Shown piece by piece: positions 38,101 through 51,538 of a stretch of 64,000 bases of DNA. Below the pieces are notes generated by a model. That model was given only the letters and a program-made list of their open reading frames with translations, had not been told where the DNA came from and made no database searches. The translations under genes were made by a program, and so were the position numbers. Numbering within the stretch: position 1 is the stretch's first letter; each line of letters opens with the position of its first letter. The DNA comes from Octopus vulgaris (lineage: Eukaryota). The stretch covers positions 43,896,001-43,960,000 of the forward strand of contig OX597833.1 in NCBI GenBank assembly GCA_951406725.2, in the 5' to 3' direction.

Positions 38101-38361
38101 TATATATATATATATATTAGACACACGTACATATATATGACGAACTAACTGTTACTTTCTTAGATGCAGCACGGACTTTGTCAGTGAACAGGTCGCGGAT
38201 TTTAGCGACGAAAATATTTTGACAAATTAAACTTAAATGTTGAAGTGAATCGAACGGCTTTTGTGTGTTTCTTAAATGGCTTATAAACACCTTCCACGCT
38301 GCAATTGTTTTCGTTTCAGCACACGATCTCAGATCAAATTACTTGCTATGCGAGTACATCT

Positions 38362-38414
<53 letters not shown>

Positions 38415-39384
38415 TACATATGTGTGTATGTGTGTAAAATACAAATGTAACCTATTAATGTGTGTCATGTAACTACAAAATTTTGTGTTCAAATTAACAT
38501 CACTATGATGTAGCTCTGAATTCCATTATTTTCTGAACGAATTTTCACTTTAAGCAAACAATGTAAATATAGATATATTTGAAATGGTCAGAAAATATTG
38601 TATTTTAAGAACATAATTTTCATTTTTATACGCTTATGCATTTGTCCACAAGTGACGGGGAATCATGGGTTACTGAATAGTAATGAAGCCACTGCTGGCA
38701 TAATGTTGAAATAAGAGTTTGTGAAGATACAAATAGTGAGTGAGTGCGTGAATTTAATCTATATACATGTGTGTGTGTGTTTGTGAATGTATGTGTATCT
38801 GTGTGCGTGTGTGTATGTCTTGATTATTTTGATTCTTAAAGAGCTTGCAGTTCTACTTACAGATTTTATTTGTAAGGTGCGAGCTGGTTGGTTTCTTTCT
38901 TTTTTTTTTTTTAAACTCTAGCTTATCCGGACTGTTACTTAGGCATTTACTCACAAAACCAAGTGCCTCAATTATTATTGGGAGAAATGAGAATTTATAA
39001 TCTTTGTACATAAGCTGGGGTTTGGAAGCAGTTATCCACAGTTATCCGCTTTCTCTCTCAGTTTCAGAAAGATATTCACATGAGCGGGTCAGCAGACCTC
39101 TACGACGATACATACGTTGTTTCTTGTTGTCCCCAATAACAATATCTGTCCTGTTATGTTTACACTCGACAGAAATTTTGATGGAAATTATCCACCAGTA
39201 TTCCTTGTGTTGATGTTTGTCTATATAATCATTAAGAGGGCAATTCACTATATTAATTCCAGAACAGTCCTTTTCTTTTTTCGAATGGCCATTGTATATT
39301 ACTTTTGCGACAAAGTTGAGTCGCATGAGGGTGGGGTATTGCTTTGATGATATTTTTGGCAGCTGTCTATCAGAGCTAGTTACA

Positions 39385-39479
39385 TCATATATTCTTTCGA
39401 CTTGTTTTCTGGGGAATATGGTTTGCGTATATTAGAATACGATGTATGAACGCCCATATACATACAAAATATACAGAAC
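39385..39479 (-). CDS. Candidate terminal exon of protein A (GSVYFVCIWAFIHRILIYANHIPQKTSRKNI*)
   Basis: cttcag acceptor; read in phase 1 it gives a hydrophobic then basic tail and a stop. A diverged duplicate acceptor at 40514 would give GFTYVCGHS*. The true 3' end is uncertain. Confidence 0.4.
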
Positions 39480-39544
39480 CTGAAGCTTACGAAGAAAAAG
39501 ATACAAAAACAAAACAAAACGGGCATTTACTCGGATTTATTTAT

Positions 39545-39770
39545 AAGGCGGCGAGCTGGCAGAAACGTTAGCACGCCGGGCGAAATGCGTAGCCGTATTT
39601 CGTCTGTCGTTACGTTCTGAGTTCAAATTCCGCCGTGGTCGACTTTGCCTTTCATCCTTTCGGGGTCGATAAATTAAGTACCAGTTACGCACTGGGGTCG
39701 ATGTAATCGACTAAATCCCTTTGTCTGTCCTTGTTTGTTTCCTCTGTGTTTAGCCCCTTGTGGGTAGTAA

Positions 39771-39775
<5 letters not shown>
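39545..39775 (+). mobile_element. Second tRNA-derived SINE family (CORE/OR-like); representative copy
   Basis: AAGGCGGCGAGCTGGCAGAA..GAGTTCAAATTCC..CCCCTTGTGGGTA. Other copies at ~58433-58670, 43135-43330, 51930-52115 (+) and 11530-11765, 12675-12897, 29687-29922, 44400-44810, 63535-63880 (-). Confidence 0.85.
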
Positions 39776-39825
<50 letters not shown>

Positions 39826-40986
39826 GAATTGTCTACGTTCACACAATGACACACTCATGAACATGTTTTAAAATTATGGATACTCTTTTACTCTTACTTG
39901 TTTCAGTCATTTGACTGCGGCCATGCTGGAGCACCGCCTTTAGTCGAGCAAATCGACCCCAGGACTTATTCTTTGTAAGCCTAGCACTTATTCTATCGGT
40001 CTCTTTTGCCGAACCGCTAAGTTACGGGGACGTAAACACACCACCATCGGTTGTCAAGCGATGTTGGGGGGAGGGAGACAAATACAGATACATAAACACA
40101 CACACACACACACACATATATATGCACATATATATATATATATTTACGACGATCTTCTTTCCGTTTCCGTCTACCAAATTCACTCACAAGGCTTTGGTCG
40201 GCCCGAGGCTACAGTAGAAGACACCTGCCCAAGGTGCCACGCAGTGGGACTGAACCCGGAACCCTGTGGTTGGTAAGCAAGCTACTTACCACACAGCCAC
40301 TCCTGCGCCTATAAGTTTTTTCGAATGGCCATTGTATATTGCTTTTGCAATAACGTCGAGTCGCATGGGGGTGGTAGACAGTTTTTGCCACTTGTTAGTT
40401 AGAGCTAATTACACTATACACTACGTCAACATGCATACCGGAAAATATGGTTTGCAAAACATGCTTGTGTATATTAGAATACAATTTATGAATGCCCACA
40501 TACATATGTAAAACCTGAAGCTTACTAGCAAAAGAATATAAAAACCAAACCAAAGCGTGGACGCCCACACAGTGACACATGCCTGAACACACTTATTAAC
40601 ACGTATTGAAAATATGGATACATACAGATGCATTGAGATATAGCAGTAATTAACATTACGTATGAGGAACCTCTTCAGGGCATTTCGATCTGTGATAAAT
40701 AGCAGCGAAAGCTTCATCATTTCTTATACGTCGTCTTAAAAAAATGGGCATATTTGATGTTATAGTCCTAAATGTACTTTGATTAAAAAAAAAAAACATA
40801 TCTGAGATTGTCACTGTTGGAATGTATTTGGTTATATGTCTGCTCAATCTGAATCGGCTTTATCATCAAAGACTTGAAACTAAAGAGCAACAACAACAAT
40901 AAGAAGAGGTAAAAGTGCTAATCAAGGCAACACACACGCGCGTGCACACACCCACACACACACACACACACACACAAATTGCTTAC

Positions 40987-41289
40987 CTGGTGGGATGAGT
41001 TTTTCAGAGAGTGTTTCGCCGTCCAGAAAGCATGTAAGAGTTGTTGAGCCAGCATTCCTGAAATTTAACGTATAATTAAAAATTGACACAGCTACATTGA
41101 TACAATGGTCATATTGATCAACGCTCACGGAACGTGGAAATGCATTTACCCTAATGCGGGTTCTTTCAAACCATACAAAGTAAGTGGAATTTCTTGGTAC
41201 ACCGATAAATGCTGTACATCTGAAGATCAATGTCTTGTTCACTTCAATTGGTGGGTTAAGAAGTTTCAGTTTACTTATGAAAGATCCCA
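40987..41289 (-). CDS. Ig-like domain 2 exon (C-type-like) of protein A
   Basis: ttttcag acceptor and gtaagc donor; 303 nt, phase 1-1; pattern FRCTAFIGVP...FVW...C...LTC; gap-free paralog at 61762-62063. Confidence 0.85.
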
Positions 41290-41949
41290 CTGAAAAGAAA
41301 ACGAATCAAAATATGTAAATTTTTGTACAACGAACTTTACAATAATAGATTAGATGGTTTCATTAATAGAAACTATAATCTTCATTATTTCATATAATTT
41401 GCCACAAGGGCATCACACAGATGGAAGCTTTGCGGGCTGGATATGGACATTAATGGTATGAATGATGGTGATGCAAAAATGATGATGATGGGAGAAGACG
41501 AAAAGCGCCCGCCGACTTTCGCCTCTCTAAAACAATGTTCTTTTTTCCCTTTTCCCTCCAAAACACAATGAGGCAATAAACCTCTTACTTAAACAACATA
41601 ATGTTCAGAATTCTTTTTTCTGTTTTAAAACACACACACAAAAAAAAGTTACATGTTTCACATTTTCTAGACTCGTTCAGGTTATCCGGCCGACCAGTAT
41701 CCTTGCTTCATTGAAGCATGCACCCGGTTCCAGGCCGAACCACACAGGTATATATTACTATATAACTATAATCTTCATATTAAACTAAAACGTTTAACAA
41801 CGCTCCAACTATTCTTAATGCTGGACTTGGTGAACTGGTGCTTCGAAATTTTCGACTGTCAAACTTTTTAGTAAAGGCAGCGCGAAGGCTATGTGGAGCC
41901 AAGTCAATAGCAACAACTACACAACAAATTAATGATACACCATAGGCTG

Positions 41950-42298
41950 CAACCGTTTGACTTCTGTCTTTAAGGAAGTCCTGCAGCCACTCTCCCAGAT
42001 TACCAGCAATCCCAAGGTCTCGCAGCTTATGACATATCATGCCATGATTTACCTTACCAAATGCTTCTGGGATGTCAAAAAATATCACATTGACATTGGA
42101 ATGGTCAAGCAGCAGTTTCAAAACCCAGTCATAGGCGCAGGAGTGGCTGTGTGGTAAGTAGCTTGCTAACCAGCCACATGGTTCCGGGTTCAGTCCCACT
42201 GCGTGGCATCTTGGGCAAGTGTCTTCTGCTATAGCCCCGGGCCGACCAAAGCCTTGTGAGTGGATTTGGTAGACGGAAACTGAAAGAAGCCTGTCGTA

Positions 42299-42388
<90 letters not shown>

Positions 42389-43030
42389 TGTCCCCCTAGC
42401 ATTGCTTGACAACCGATGCTGGTGTGTTTACGTCCCCGTAACTTAGCGGTTCGGCAAAAGAGACCGATAGAATAAGTACTGGGCTTACAAAAGAATAAGT
42501 CCCGGGGTCGATTTGCTCGACTAAAGGCGGTGCTCCAGCATGGCCGCAGTCAAATGACTGAAACAAGTAAAAGAGTATAGTGCTGTAAAAGCTGAGTGAG
42601 GCAGCTTGTTCCTGGATGAAAGCTATGCTGTGTATTGTTTAGTAAGTAATCTTATTCTAGGAACATTATCAGTTTCTTTCTCATGATTTGCTCCATGACT
42701 TTACTGATATGTGAAGTTGGAGAGATTATCCTGTAGTTTTGGGCCTCTGCCCTGCCCTCACCTTTGCGGATAGGGCATATAATGCTTTCTTTTAGCATTT
42801 GAGGAAGTTTACCACTTGCAAGGAAACTCTGGAAAAGCATTTGACGTGGTTTCGCTTAGGGTTGCATACATGACTTGAGGAGAATAGCTAAGAAGCCATC
42901 AAGACACGTTGCTGAATTTGAGCTCATTTCATCGATTACCACTATTGCATCTGTCTCCTCAATATTGATGTAATCAATAGCCGGCGCCTTCTTTTGTAGG
43001 GCTGCAATATTAAATAATTCAGCTGGATTT
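41950..43030 (-). mobile_element. LINE reverse transcriptase remnant (CR1/Jockey group) split by a SINE
   Basis: LFQSFLASGKLPQMLKESIICPIRKG...NYRIISPTSHISKVME and VIFFDIPEAFGKVNHGMICHKL...WLQDFLKDRSQ. Confidence 0.8.
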
Positions 43031-43580
43031 TTTTAGCTGCACGATACTGGAGTGATTGAATTTAATTATTTATGTAAAGAATAATTTATATCATTAGCGT
43101 ATTGAATTTTGATTAATATTTTTTCTCTTATTTAAGGCGACGAGGTGGCAGAATCTATAACACGTCGGTCAAAATGCTTAACGGCGTTCTGAGTTCAAAT
43201 TCCACCATCAAGGACTCTGATTTTCATCCTTTTGGGTTCGATGAAATAAATACCAGTTGAGCACTGGGATCGAAGTAATCGACTTACTCCCTCCTCCGAA
43301 CATACTGGCCTTGTGCCAGAATTTGAAACCAATATTTGTTGCCTTACTGCATCAACTGTCTCAGTCTACAGAAAATTATCCAACCAGATACTCTACACAG
43401 TACGTAAAGTAGGTTCATTACAATAGAAAATACAAAAGCAAAAATAAATATTGCGCATATGAAAAGCTATAAACCTGTGTTCGATAGTGCAATGAAAACA
43501 TTCCATAGAAATGAAATGAATGATAATGGAGATGAATAAGTGAAAAAAAAAAAGAAGTAAAAAATACTAGTAAAACTGAC

Positions 43581-43904
43581 CTTCAAAAGTCTTAGATGGT
43601 GATGATTCTTCATTTGTTTTACATGAATAGTGTGTCGCATCTTCGCAACTAGCAACAAATTTCCAGCAGGTAATCTCACCTTTAGGACCAAATTTAGCTG
43701 GAGTACAATCGAAACCCTTTCGCTTGACTACTGGCTTAAACCTTTTTTCCGACCGGTCGAAATCACTTTGGAAAATAATGTTATCGTTTTGCATGAGAAA
43801 AAACTGAACGAAAAGATTTTTTACATAATACTGACAGGTTATACTTATTCCAGTGGAAGGTCCAACCTCAATAGTTTCAGGTTTCATTTTTATAATCTTA
43901 ATCC
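43581..43904 (-). CDS. Ig-like domain 1 exon (V-type-like) of protein A
   Basis: Polypyrimidine-acag acceptor and gtcagt donor; 324 nt, phase 1-1, open frame; strand-B Cys (SITC) and strand-F motif CEDATHYSC (D-x-x-x-Y-x-C). Confidence 0.8.
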
Positions 43905-44934
43905 CTGTATAAAGAAAAGAAAAACATAAATCCGAGATAGATTTTATAAAAAAACCCCATAAATTTAGGAGGAGTAGAAGGAGGAGAAAATAAGAAAAGC
44001 AGGAAAAAAAGAAGTGCAAAGATGAGAGGAGAAAGAGAATGTAGAGTAAAACAAAAGAGAAAAACAATGTGAAGAAAAAGAAAAAGAAGAGTAGGAAAAA
44101 CAGAACCAAAAAATGACGAGTGCTCATTTGAGTATGAATTACATTTATCCACAGATAAATTTTAGTATTTAGTTTTTAATATTTATTATTATACAAGCAT
44201 ACATATGTCATAATAAATTCGACAGTTTTATTGATAGCAAAAGGTGCATCAACATAGCGTGAAAAACCGATGATGAGAGAAATCGGTCTAGTAAATATAT
44301 GTACATACACAGAAATGAAGCATTTGAAGAACTAGATACGGTTGTAACGTCTCAGTTGAAAATATCGCCCACATAATGTATGTGTATGTATATATCTCAT
44401 TACTACCCACAAGGGGCTAAACACAGAGGGAACAAACAAGGACAGACAAACGGATTAAGTCGATTACATCGACCCCAGTGCGTAACTGGTACTTAATTTA
44501 TCGACCCCGAAAGGATGAAAGGCAAAGTCAACCTCGGCGGAATTTGAACTCAGAACGCAGCGGCGGACGAAATACCTATTTCTTTATTACCCACAAGTGG
44601 CTAAACACAGAGGGAACAAACAAGGACAGACAAACGGATTAAGTCGATTACATCGACCCCAGTGCGTAACTGGTACTTAATTTATCGACCCCGAAAGGAT
44701 GAAAGGCAAAGTCGACCTCGGCGGAATTTGAACTCAGAACGCAGCGGCGGACGAAATACCGCAAAGCATTTCGCCCGGCGTGCTAACGATTCTGCCAGCT
44801 CGCCGCCTTAATGTATGTGTATGTATATATAGACACACACAGACGCGCGCGTACACACACACACACACACATACATACACATATGTATGTACATATACAT
44901 ACATATATATTCGTGCACATGTATATATATTTTT

Positions 44935-45335
44935 GGTGAGAGAAATGTGTGGGGTGAAGCTGTTTGATAAAAGGAGAACTGGGGATTTGATGGGGATGCT
45001 GGAATTGGAGGAACGGTGGAACAACTGGTAAGGGCGAATGGAGTGGTATGGGCATACGTTGAGAAGGAATGGGGAGCTTGTTCTGAGGAGGGTGCTTGAG
45101 TTTTGAGTCAAGCGAGCCACGAAAGTGAGGTAGACCGAGGAAGATGTGGACGGGACAGGTGGAGGAGGAGATTGGAAAGGTTAGCTTGAGAAGAGAGGAC
45201 GCCCCAAACCGGGCAAGATGGCAAAATGGTGTGAAGACGGTTGCTATGGCACTGAGATAGATCCGGCCATCCCCGTTAACGGGGACAAAACCCGGATTTA
45301 AAACGCTGGATGATGATGATGATGATGATGATGGC
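44935..45335 (+). mobile_element. RTE LINE 3' end with (GAT)n tail
   Basis: MCGVKLFDKRRT..WYGHTLRR..GRPRKMW..NRARW. Confidence 0.8.
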
Positions 45336-45462
45336 GATGTATATATATATATATATATATTATGAGTTTGATCTGAGAACATAGACTTTTTGTGGAGAAT
45401 GGCGATTTGACGTCTATATCTAGCATGTTGACTGTCCACTTTTTCGTGTTCAGTCCTTAATT

Positions 45463-45502
<40 letters not shown>

Positions 45503-45719
45503 TAGGTGAATGAATTATCCTAGCATGGAAAATTCGTTTAACCGATACCTGGGTAGCAAATTCACGTCAGAAAACACGGTTGAAGCGACCTGTCAAGGAT
45601 AGAAACTCCGGGTTCTTGTGTGGAAATTTGTGTGTTTTTTATATGAATAAATGAAAGAATTTTGTTAAAATCTTCGTTCGACTCCATTCTTTCATTTATT
45701 CATATATATAATTTAAAAT

Positions 45720-47520
45720 AGGATAAAATCTTTATAAGAATTTATCAAGTAGTTAGCGTAAAAACCTCGTCACGGACAAGTGAATTTTGGAAGAGAGGCC
45801 TTACAAGTCTACCAGAGATATGGAAGGGCATTGTAGACAATGAAGGAGAGTATATTTTAGATTAAAGAAGAAATTCATCGTAATTTTTAAAAACAAAAAT
45901 TTATAATTATTCCCTTTAAATGTATTTATTTATATTAAGGGTATTACTACACGTAAATGCCTCACGTTATTAGGGACTCTTAAAGTCAAACCTATCATAA
46001 TAAATGCACAGTGTATCGAACGCGAGGGAAACCTAAAACCCAAATCTATTATAGTTGGTCTAGCATGTCCTACTCACCGTCTATGCAATTTTATTAACAT
46101 CATTTAAAACCATTATGTGCCCACACACCTAGTTTCATCAAAGAATGACATCGTCTTCCCAAAACAACGAAATCGTATTCACTTTTACTTAGTTTTGATG
46201 TAATACACCATTACACCAATATTCTACATGATTTAGGAATAAAGGCGATTAAACTCTGGGTAGAAAACCACTGAGAAGCGATTCCCAGTAGACTCACCGT
46301 GCCATTTATACTAGATGCAGTCAAACATATCCTTGGAAATAACACATTCTTTTTCAGTGGAAAGATTTACAAGTTTGAGGCAAAACGATGAGAACGAGAT
46401 TTGCTCCTATTTATGCGATGTCTGTAAAGGTATACTTAGAAAAAAACTCTATGAAAGGGTAGATGAAAACAACAGCACTGTATTTAGAAGATATACTGTA
46501 GATGCATAGAAGAGATACCTTGACGATTGCTTCATAATTTGGACAAAATCTTTAGATACTCTGCAAGAGTCTAATATCCTCCTGAAAAATCTGCACTCAA
46601 CTCTCCAATTTTCAAAGAAGAGTAGTACCAAATAATCATTTTTAGACATAATGGTAATTAAAAATAATACCACCTTCACCACTGATATATACTATAAACA
46701 CATACGCATCAATACCTCAACTTTAAATCGTGTCATCCAACACATAAAAAAAAACTCAATATCCCATACTGCCTAACCAGAAAAAAATTTGTAAATACCA
46801 GAGACAAACGCCTAACAGAACACAAAGAATTTCTCCTCAAACAAAAATATCAATCCCTACTTGCAGTAGATCGTATACAGCGTACTATAGAAACGCTCAT
46901 ACAAATGAGGGCAACCACAAAAAGAGGAAAACAAGAACAGGTCATACCATTTATAGTGACACACAATCCGGGTCACCAAAATATCTTTAACATCGCCAAG
47001 GTAACCTTGCCGATCATTGCTCAAAGTAATGAATTAATGGATATAAACACACATGGGCTATGATTCTTAGTTAAGGACAGGCGAAGTACTTGAAACAATT
47101 ATTTACAAAGGCAAAGTTTGACCTAAGTAACAATGACGAATCATTCATTGTATTTAAATGTAATGATAATCAATGTGGTACATCTCAGATCATAGATACC
47201 GGACAATATATAAACTCAAAAACGGAAGAATATTTACAAATGCAAATATGAACTGCAAAAGCAGGAATTTAATTTACTGCATCAAATTCCCTACATTGAC
47301 CAAACTGGGAATGCATTATCGGAATGCTCACGAGTACACCGACAGCAAATTAGGGAACCTGATGTCCGTCAGATACCTTTAAGTAATCATCTGGCAACAT
47401 GTGGCCAGAAAAAGTTTATAATACTCTCATTCTTCAAACTACAGAGCTCATGTGGAATTGAGAGGAAAGACAGAGAAAAGAATTTTATTGATAAATTCAA
47501 ACCCGTTTAAATGGACAGTT
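45720..47520 (+). mobile_element. Penelope-like element remnant (RT + GIY-YIG)
   Basis: LLSFDV..YTNI, RYLDDCFIIW, SFLDIMV..TDIYYK, SCHP, CKSRNLIYCI..HRQQI..RKDREKNFIDKFKP, with many stops and frameshifts. Confidence 0.85.
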
Positions 47521-47589
47521 ATAATAACGGTAATAAATATAATGATAATGGTGAGAATAATAGCTATTATTACTGCTACATCGCCAGTA

Positions 47590-48460
47590 ACGTCCTGCAA
47601 GCCTTGGTGGAACAAAATCTCATTGTAACTGCCGAGGAACTATCAGAGAAGCTTGGATTTGGTCATTAACCATTCATCGACACCTGCGTGCCATTGGAAA
47701 AGTATGCAAATTGGGTCAATAGGTTCCTCACAAACTTTCCGAGTTTAATCATGCACAGAGAGTGAATGTGTGCTCTACTTTACTGACACGTCTTACGAAT
47801 GTACTTTTTTTGGACTGAATAGTGACTGGTGACGAGAAATGGGTTCTCCATAAAAATATGAAGCGCTGAAGACAGTGGGTAGGGAAAGGAGAAACACTGG
47901 TACCACAGGCTAAAGAAGGACTTCACTCACAAGGTGTTCTTATCCGTTTGGTGGGATATGAAAGGTTTAGTGCACGTTGAATTTTTAAACCTAAACCAAA
48001 CGATAACAACGGAGATCTAATGCAAACAGCTTGGGCGGCTTAAGTCAGCGATAAACGAAAAACGACCATCTTTGGTTACAAAACAAAAGGTGTTCTTTTA
48101 TGAGTATAATGGTCGGTCACATACACCAGGAATGACATTCCAATGGCTTGAGCAGTTTGAATGGAAAACGATGCCCTACTCATCATATTCGCCGGACATT
48201 GCCCCATTTGATTATCATTGATTCCGCATTGGACAGAAAAATCATGTTGTGTATACGACGTCAGAACAATCTTGGAGGAGTATTTTTCGTCACGGACAAG
48301 TGAATTTTGGAAGAGAGGCCTTACAAATCTACCAGAGATATGGAAGGGCATTGTAGACAATGAAGGAGAGTATATTTTAGATTAAAAAATAAATTTATCT
48401 TAATTTTTAAAAACAAAAGAAGTATAAAAAAAACCGCATTATTTATGGGATGACCCAATA
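47590..48460 (+). mobile_element. mariner transposase remnant with right TIR
   Basis: EELSEKLGFGH..VPHKLS..IVTGDEKWVL..FWKRGLTNLPEIWKGIVDNEGEYILD*; ends GGGATGACCCAATA. Confidence 0.85.
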
Positions 48461-48637
48461 CATACATATGTATGTTCAAGACATAAAACAAAGTATCTGC
48501 ACTTATACATACATACATTCATACATTCTACAACTTCAATATCCCTACATATCTCACATCTATTTTCTTTCCTCCACTTCACTCTCTATTTTGTATCCTA
48601 TCTAAATTAAGTATTACTTAACCATCCTCTCACACCA

Positions 48638-48687
48638 TCTCTGATGAAGGGATATAATTGATAAATATCCTGGAAACAGCTGTAAGA
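48638..48687 (+). ncRNA. Minimal type-I hammerhead ribozyme (PLE terminal repeat)
   Basis: UCU-CUGAUGA-agGGAUAU...AUAUCCug-GAAAC-agcu-GUA-AGA; full core, palindromic ACAGCUGU. Confidence 0.75.
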
Positions 48688-48900
48688 CCTTCTATCTATA
48701 AATGTTCTGATATCTACACAGTCTTGGTTCTTTATCTCATTACGCAAAAACTTCTTATATACACACGCTGACATATAACCAACGTTGAACCCCTTATTCG
48801 CAAAATTACCGAACCTAGAACTTAACTATGGGGTGTCTATAGCACTTATTCAGCTTTACCTGACACCTTTGGGTCTCAATGACACCATTACCTCTTATAA

Positions 48901-48939
<39 letters not shown>

Positions 48940-49183
48940 CAATAATAACTATAATAATATATAATAATAATAATAATATATATTCTCCGATTTAAAGCGA
49001 CATTGATATATATATATATATATGGGTATACGCATGTGTGTGAGTGTGTGTGTGTGTGTGTGCGCATGTCTGCATATGTGTGTGCGTATAGTGCGTCTTG
49101 CGACGATCAAAGTATGATATCTAAGACAAGAAGATCTAATACTATAACTGAAAAATGTATTATTTTACTTAATATTAACTTAC

Positions 49184-49232
49184 AGGCCGAAGTGTAAGAA
49201 GCCATCATCAGCATCATCATAGTTAACAACAT
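49184..49232 (-). CDS. Signal-peptide exon of two-Ig-domain protein A (MLLTMMMLMMASYTSA + 1 nt)
   Basis: ATG at 49232; hydrophobic Met/Leu run ending in T-S-A; GTAAGT donor in phase 1, which joins the 43904 exon in frame (T+GG = Trp). Confidence 0.7.
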
Positions 49233-49622
49233 CGTTGATCTTGAGCAACAAGTATAAAGCAAAAGGGAAAATGATCGTCGGCTCCCAGAACCTAGAAATA
49301 TTACGAAAAGATGTGTCTGGTACCAAAATTGAAGTCGAAATGGCCAAACACAACAAAAAAAAAAAAAAATAGAGAGAAAAGCGCAATATATGTAAGTGGG
49401 AATGGGAGGGGGAGTGAAACTTGAAGTGTGAGTGAAGCTGAGATAGTTCCATCCTTCTTTTTACTTCTCTTTCTCTCTCCTCCCTCTCTCCTCCGTCTCT
49501 CTCTCTCTCTCTCTTTTGCTCCGAGAAGACAAGTAGAATATAGAGAAAACAGTTTCACAGAAAGTAAAATTCACACACACACGCACACACACATATCAAT
49601 ACACGCACACACACATATCAAC

Positions 49623-49660
<38 letters not shown>

Positions 49661-49990
49661 CAAAACGCACACACACATATCAACACACGCACACACATAT
49701 CAACACACGCACACACACATCAACACACACACACACACATCAACACACACATACACACACACGCGCGCACACGCTGCACACACACACACACACACACACA
49801 TGCATACATACATACAAATAAAGGGGGAAAATGGAAGATAGAAAAATTCAGAGTGAGGGAAGTATTGTGATTTAGAAAGAGACGCCGACTAAGAACGCGG
49901 GAGAAGAAAGTGAGGGAAAGTTGAAAGGAAGTGAAAATGAGAACGAGAGATAAGGAAGAAGTTTTACAAGGAAATGTTAGAATGACAGAT

Positions 49991-50027
<37 letters not shown>

Positions 50028-50301
50028 AAGAGAAAGAGAAAGAAAAAAGTGAGAGAGAGAGAGAAACGGTCAAATATTTTCTTTTGTTACATTTTATTCT
50101 TTTACTTGTTTCAGTCATTTGACTGCGGCCATGCTGGAGCACCGACTTATTATTTTGTAAGCCCAGTACTTATTCTTCTATCGGTCTCTTTTGCCGAACC
50201 GCCAAGTGACGGGGACGTAAACACACCAGCATCGGTTGTCAAGCAAAGCTAGGGGGACAAACACAGACACACAAACACACACACACACATATATATATAC
50301 A

Positions 50302-50684
50302 CTAGCAGTATCGCCCGGCGTTGCTCGGGTTTGTAAGGGAAATAACTATAAAGCATTTTTAGAGAGTTATAGCCAAAAAGTAGAAAAAAATGGAAAAAAA
50401 ATTATGGTAAATTTTTTTTGAGAGTTAAAAAGGTGGAGTTGCGTCCCCTAGACAGTTTGTGGTTCGTGTTTCTGATTCTCGACTCCATGTCGAATTTATC
50501 GATTTTTTTCAGAACTGGGGAAACTTTTCAAAATTTTCGCTGCGTTAGTTTTGAATTATGACATTGGGCTATGTGTGTGTCAAGTTTCATCAGAATCGGT
50601 TGAAAGCCGTGGTCAGGGTGAGGGTACAAGCAAACAGACACACAGAAACACGCACAGACAAACTGCCGTTTATATAGAGAGAGA
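50302..50684 (-). mobile_element. Non-autonomous Helitron-type element nested in a SINE
   Basis: Minus strand A|TC start, subterminal hairpin CCCGAGCAACGCCGGG, CTAG|T end, no TSD. Confidence 0.65.
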
Positions 50685-51147
50685 TATATACGACAGGTTT
50701 CTTTCAGTTTCCGTCTACCAAATCCACTCACAAGGCATTGGTCGGCCCGGGGCTATAGCAGAAGACACTTGCCCAAGATGCCACGCAGTGGGACTGAACC
50801 CGGAACCATGTGGTTGGTTAGCAAGCTACTTACCACACAGCCACTCCTGTGCCTATATTTGTTTATATTTTTCGTAATTGATTTTTCACTATGACACTAC
50901 ACTGGACACTGGTTGTAGAGGCTGATCTAGCTGCCTTAACAACTTCCTAAGCTTTCTTCCGACTCGATTGTTTAATGTGAAAGTGAATCGTTGGGAGTGC
51001 TGGACTCATCAGGGTTATATGATGTCCAAGTTCCTTCTTTATTGTAGGGTCACCCAGGCAGTTGAGAAAAAAATCGAACGTTAGTGAGCAAGTATAAGTT
51101 ATAAAAATTGATAAAGTGGACAGCAAACATTATTCAAGTAAGCTAAA

Positions 51148-51538
51148 TCAATATATATAAAGCTGAAGTTGTCTGTGTATCGCAAGTTTGGTAGCCTTAA
51201 ACTAATACTATCTCCTCCGAGACCCTGCGGCGCAAGTTGACCAAAATTGAGAGTATGATAGAAAAAGTCTTGCTCTTCATTCCGTAGAAGATAAAATTCC
51301 AGTCGGATCATGTTAACACCAAAAATTATTTACATCAAAAAGGTGCTATTTTTTTAATGAAAATCCCTATTTTTTACGATTTTTTGACAACTGTGTCGCC
51401 ATTTTTCGGTGTATTTCAACCAGAAAATTGTTCACTTAAAGAGAATAACAAGCTACATAATGCAAAAGTTTTACTTTTCAAAAATTCCAATTCTAAAGGG
51501 TCGAAACAAAGCCGAGTAATGCCGGGCGATACTGCTAG
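51148..51538 (+). mobile_element. Non-autonomous Helitron-type element
   Basis: A|TC start; 3' end GCCGAGTAATGCCGGGCGATACTGCTAG|T, related to the 50302 copy. Confidence 0.6.
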
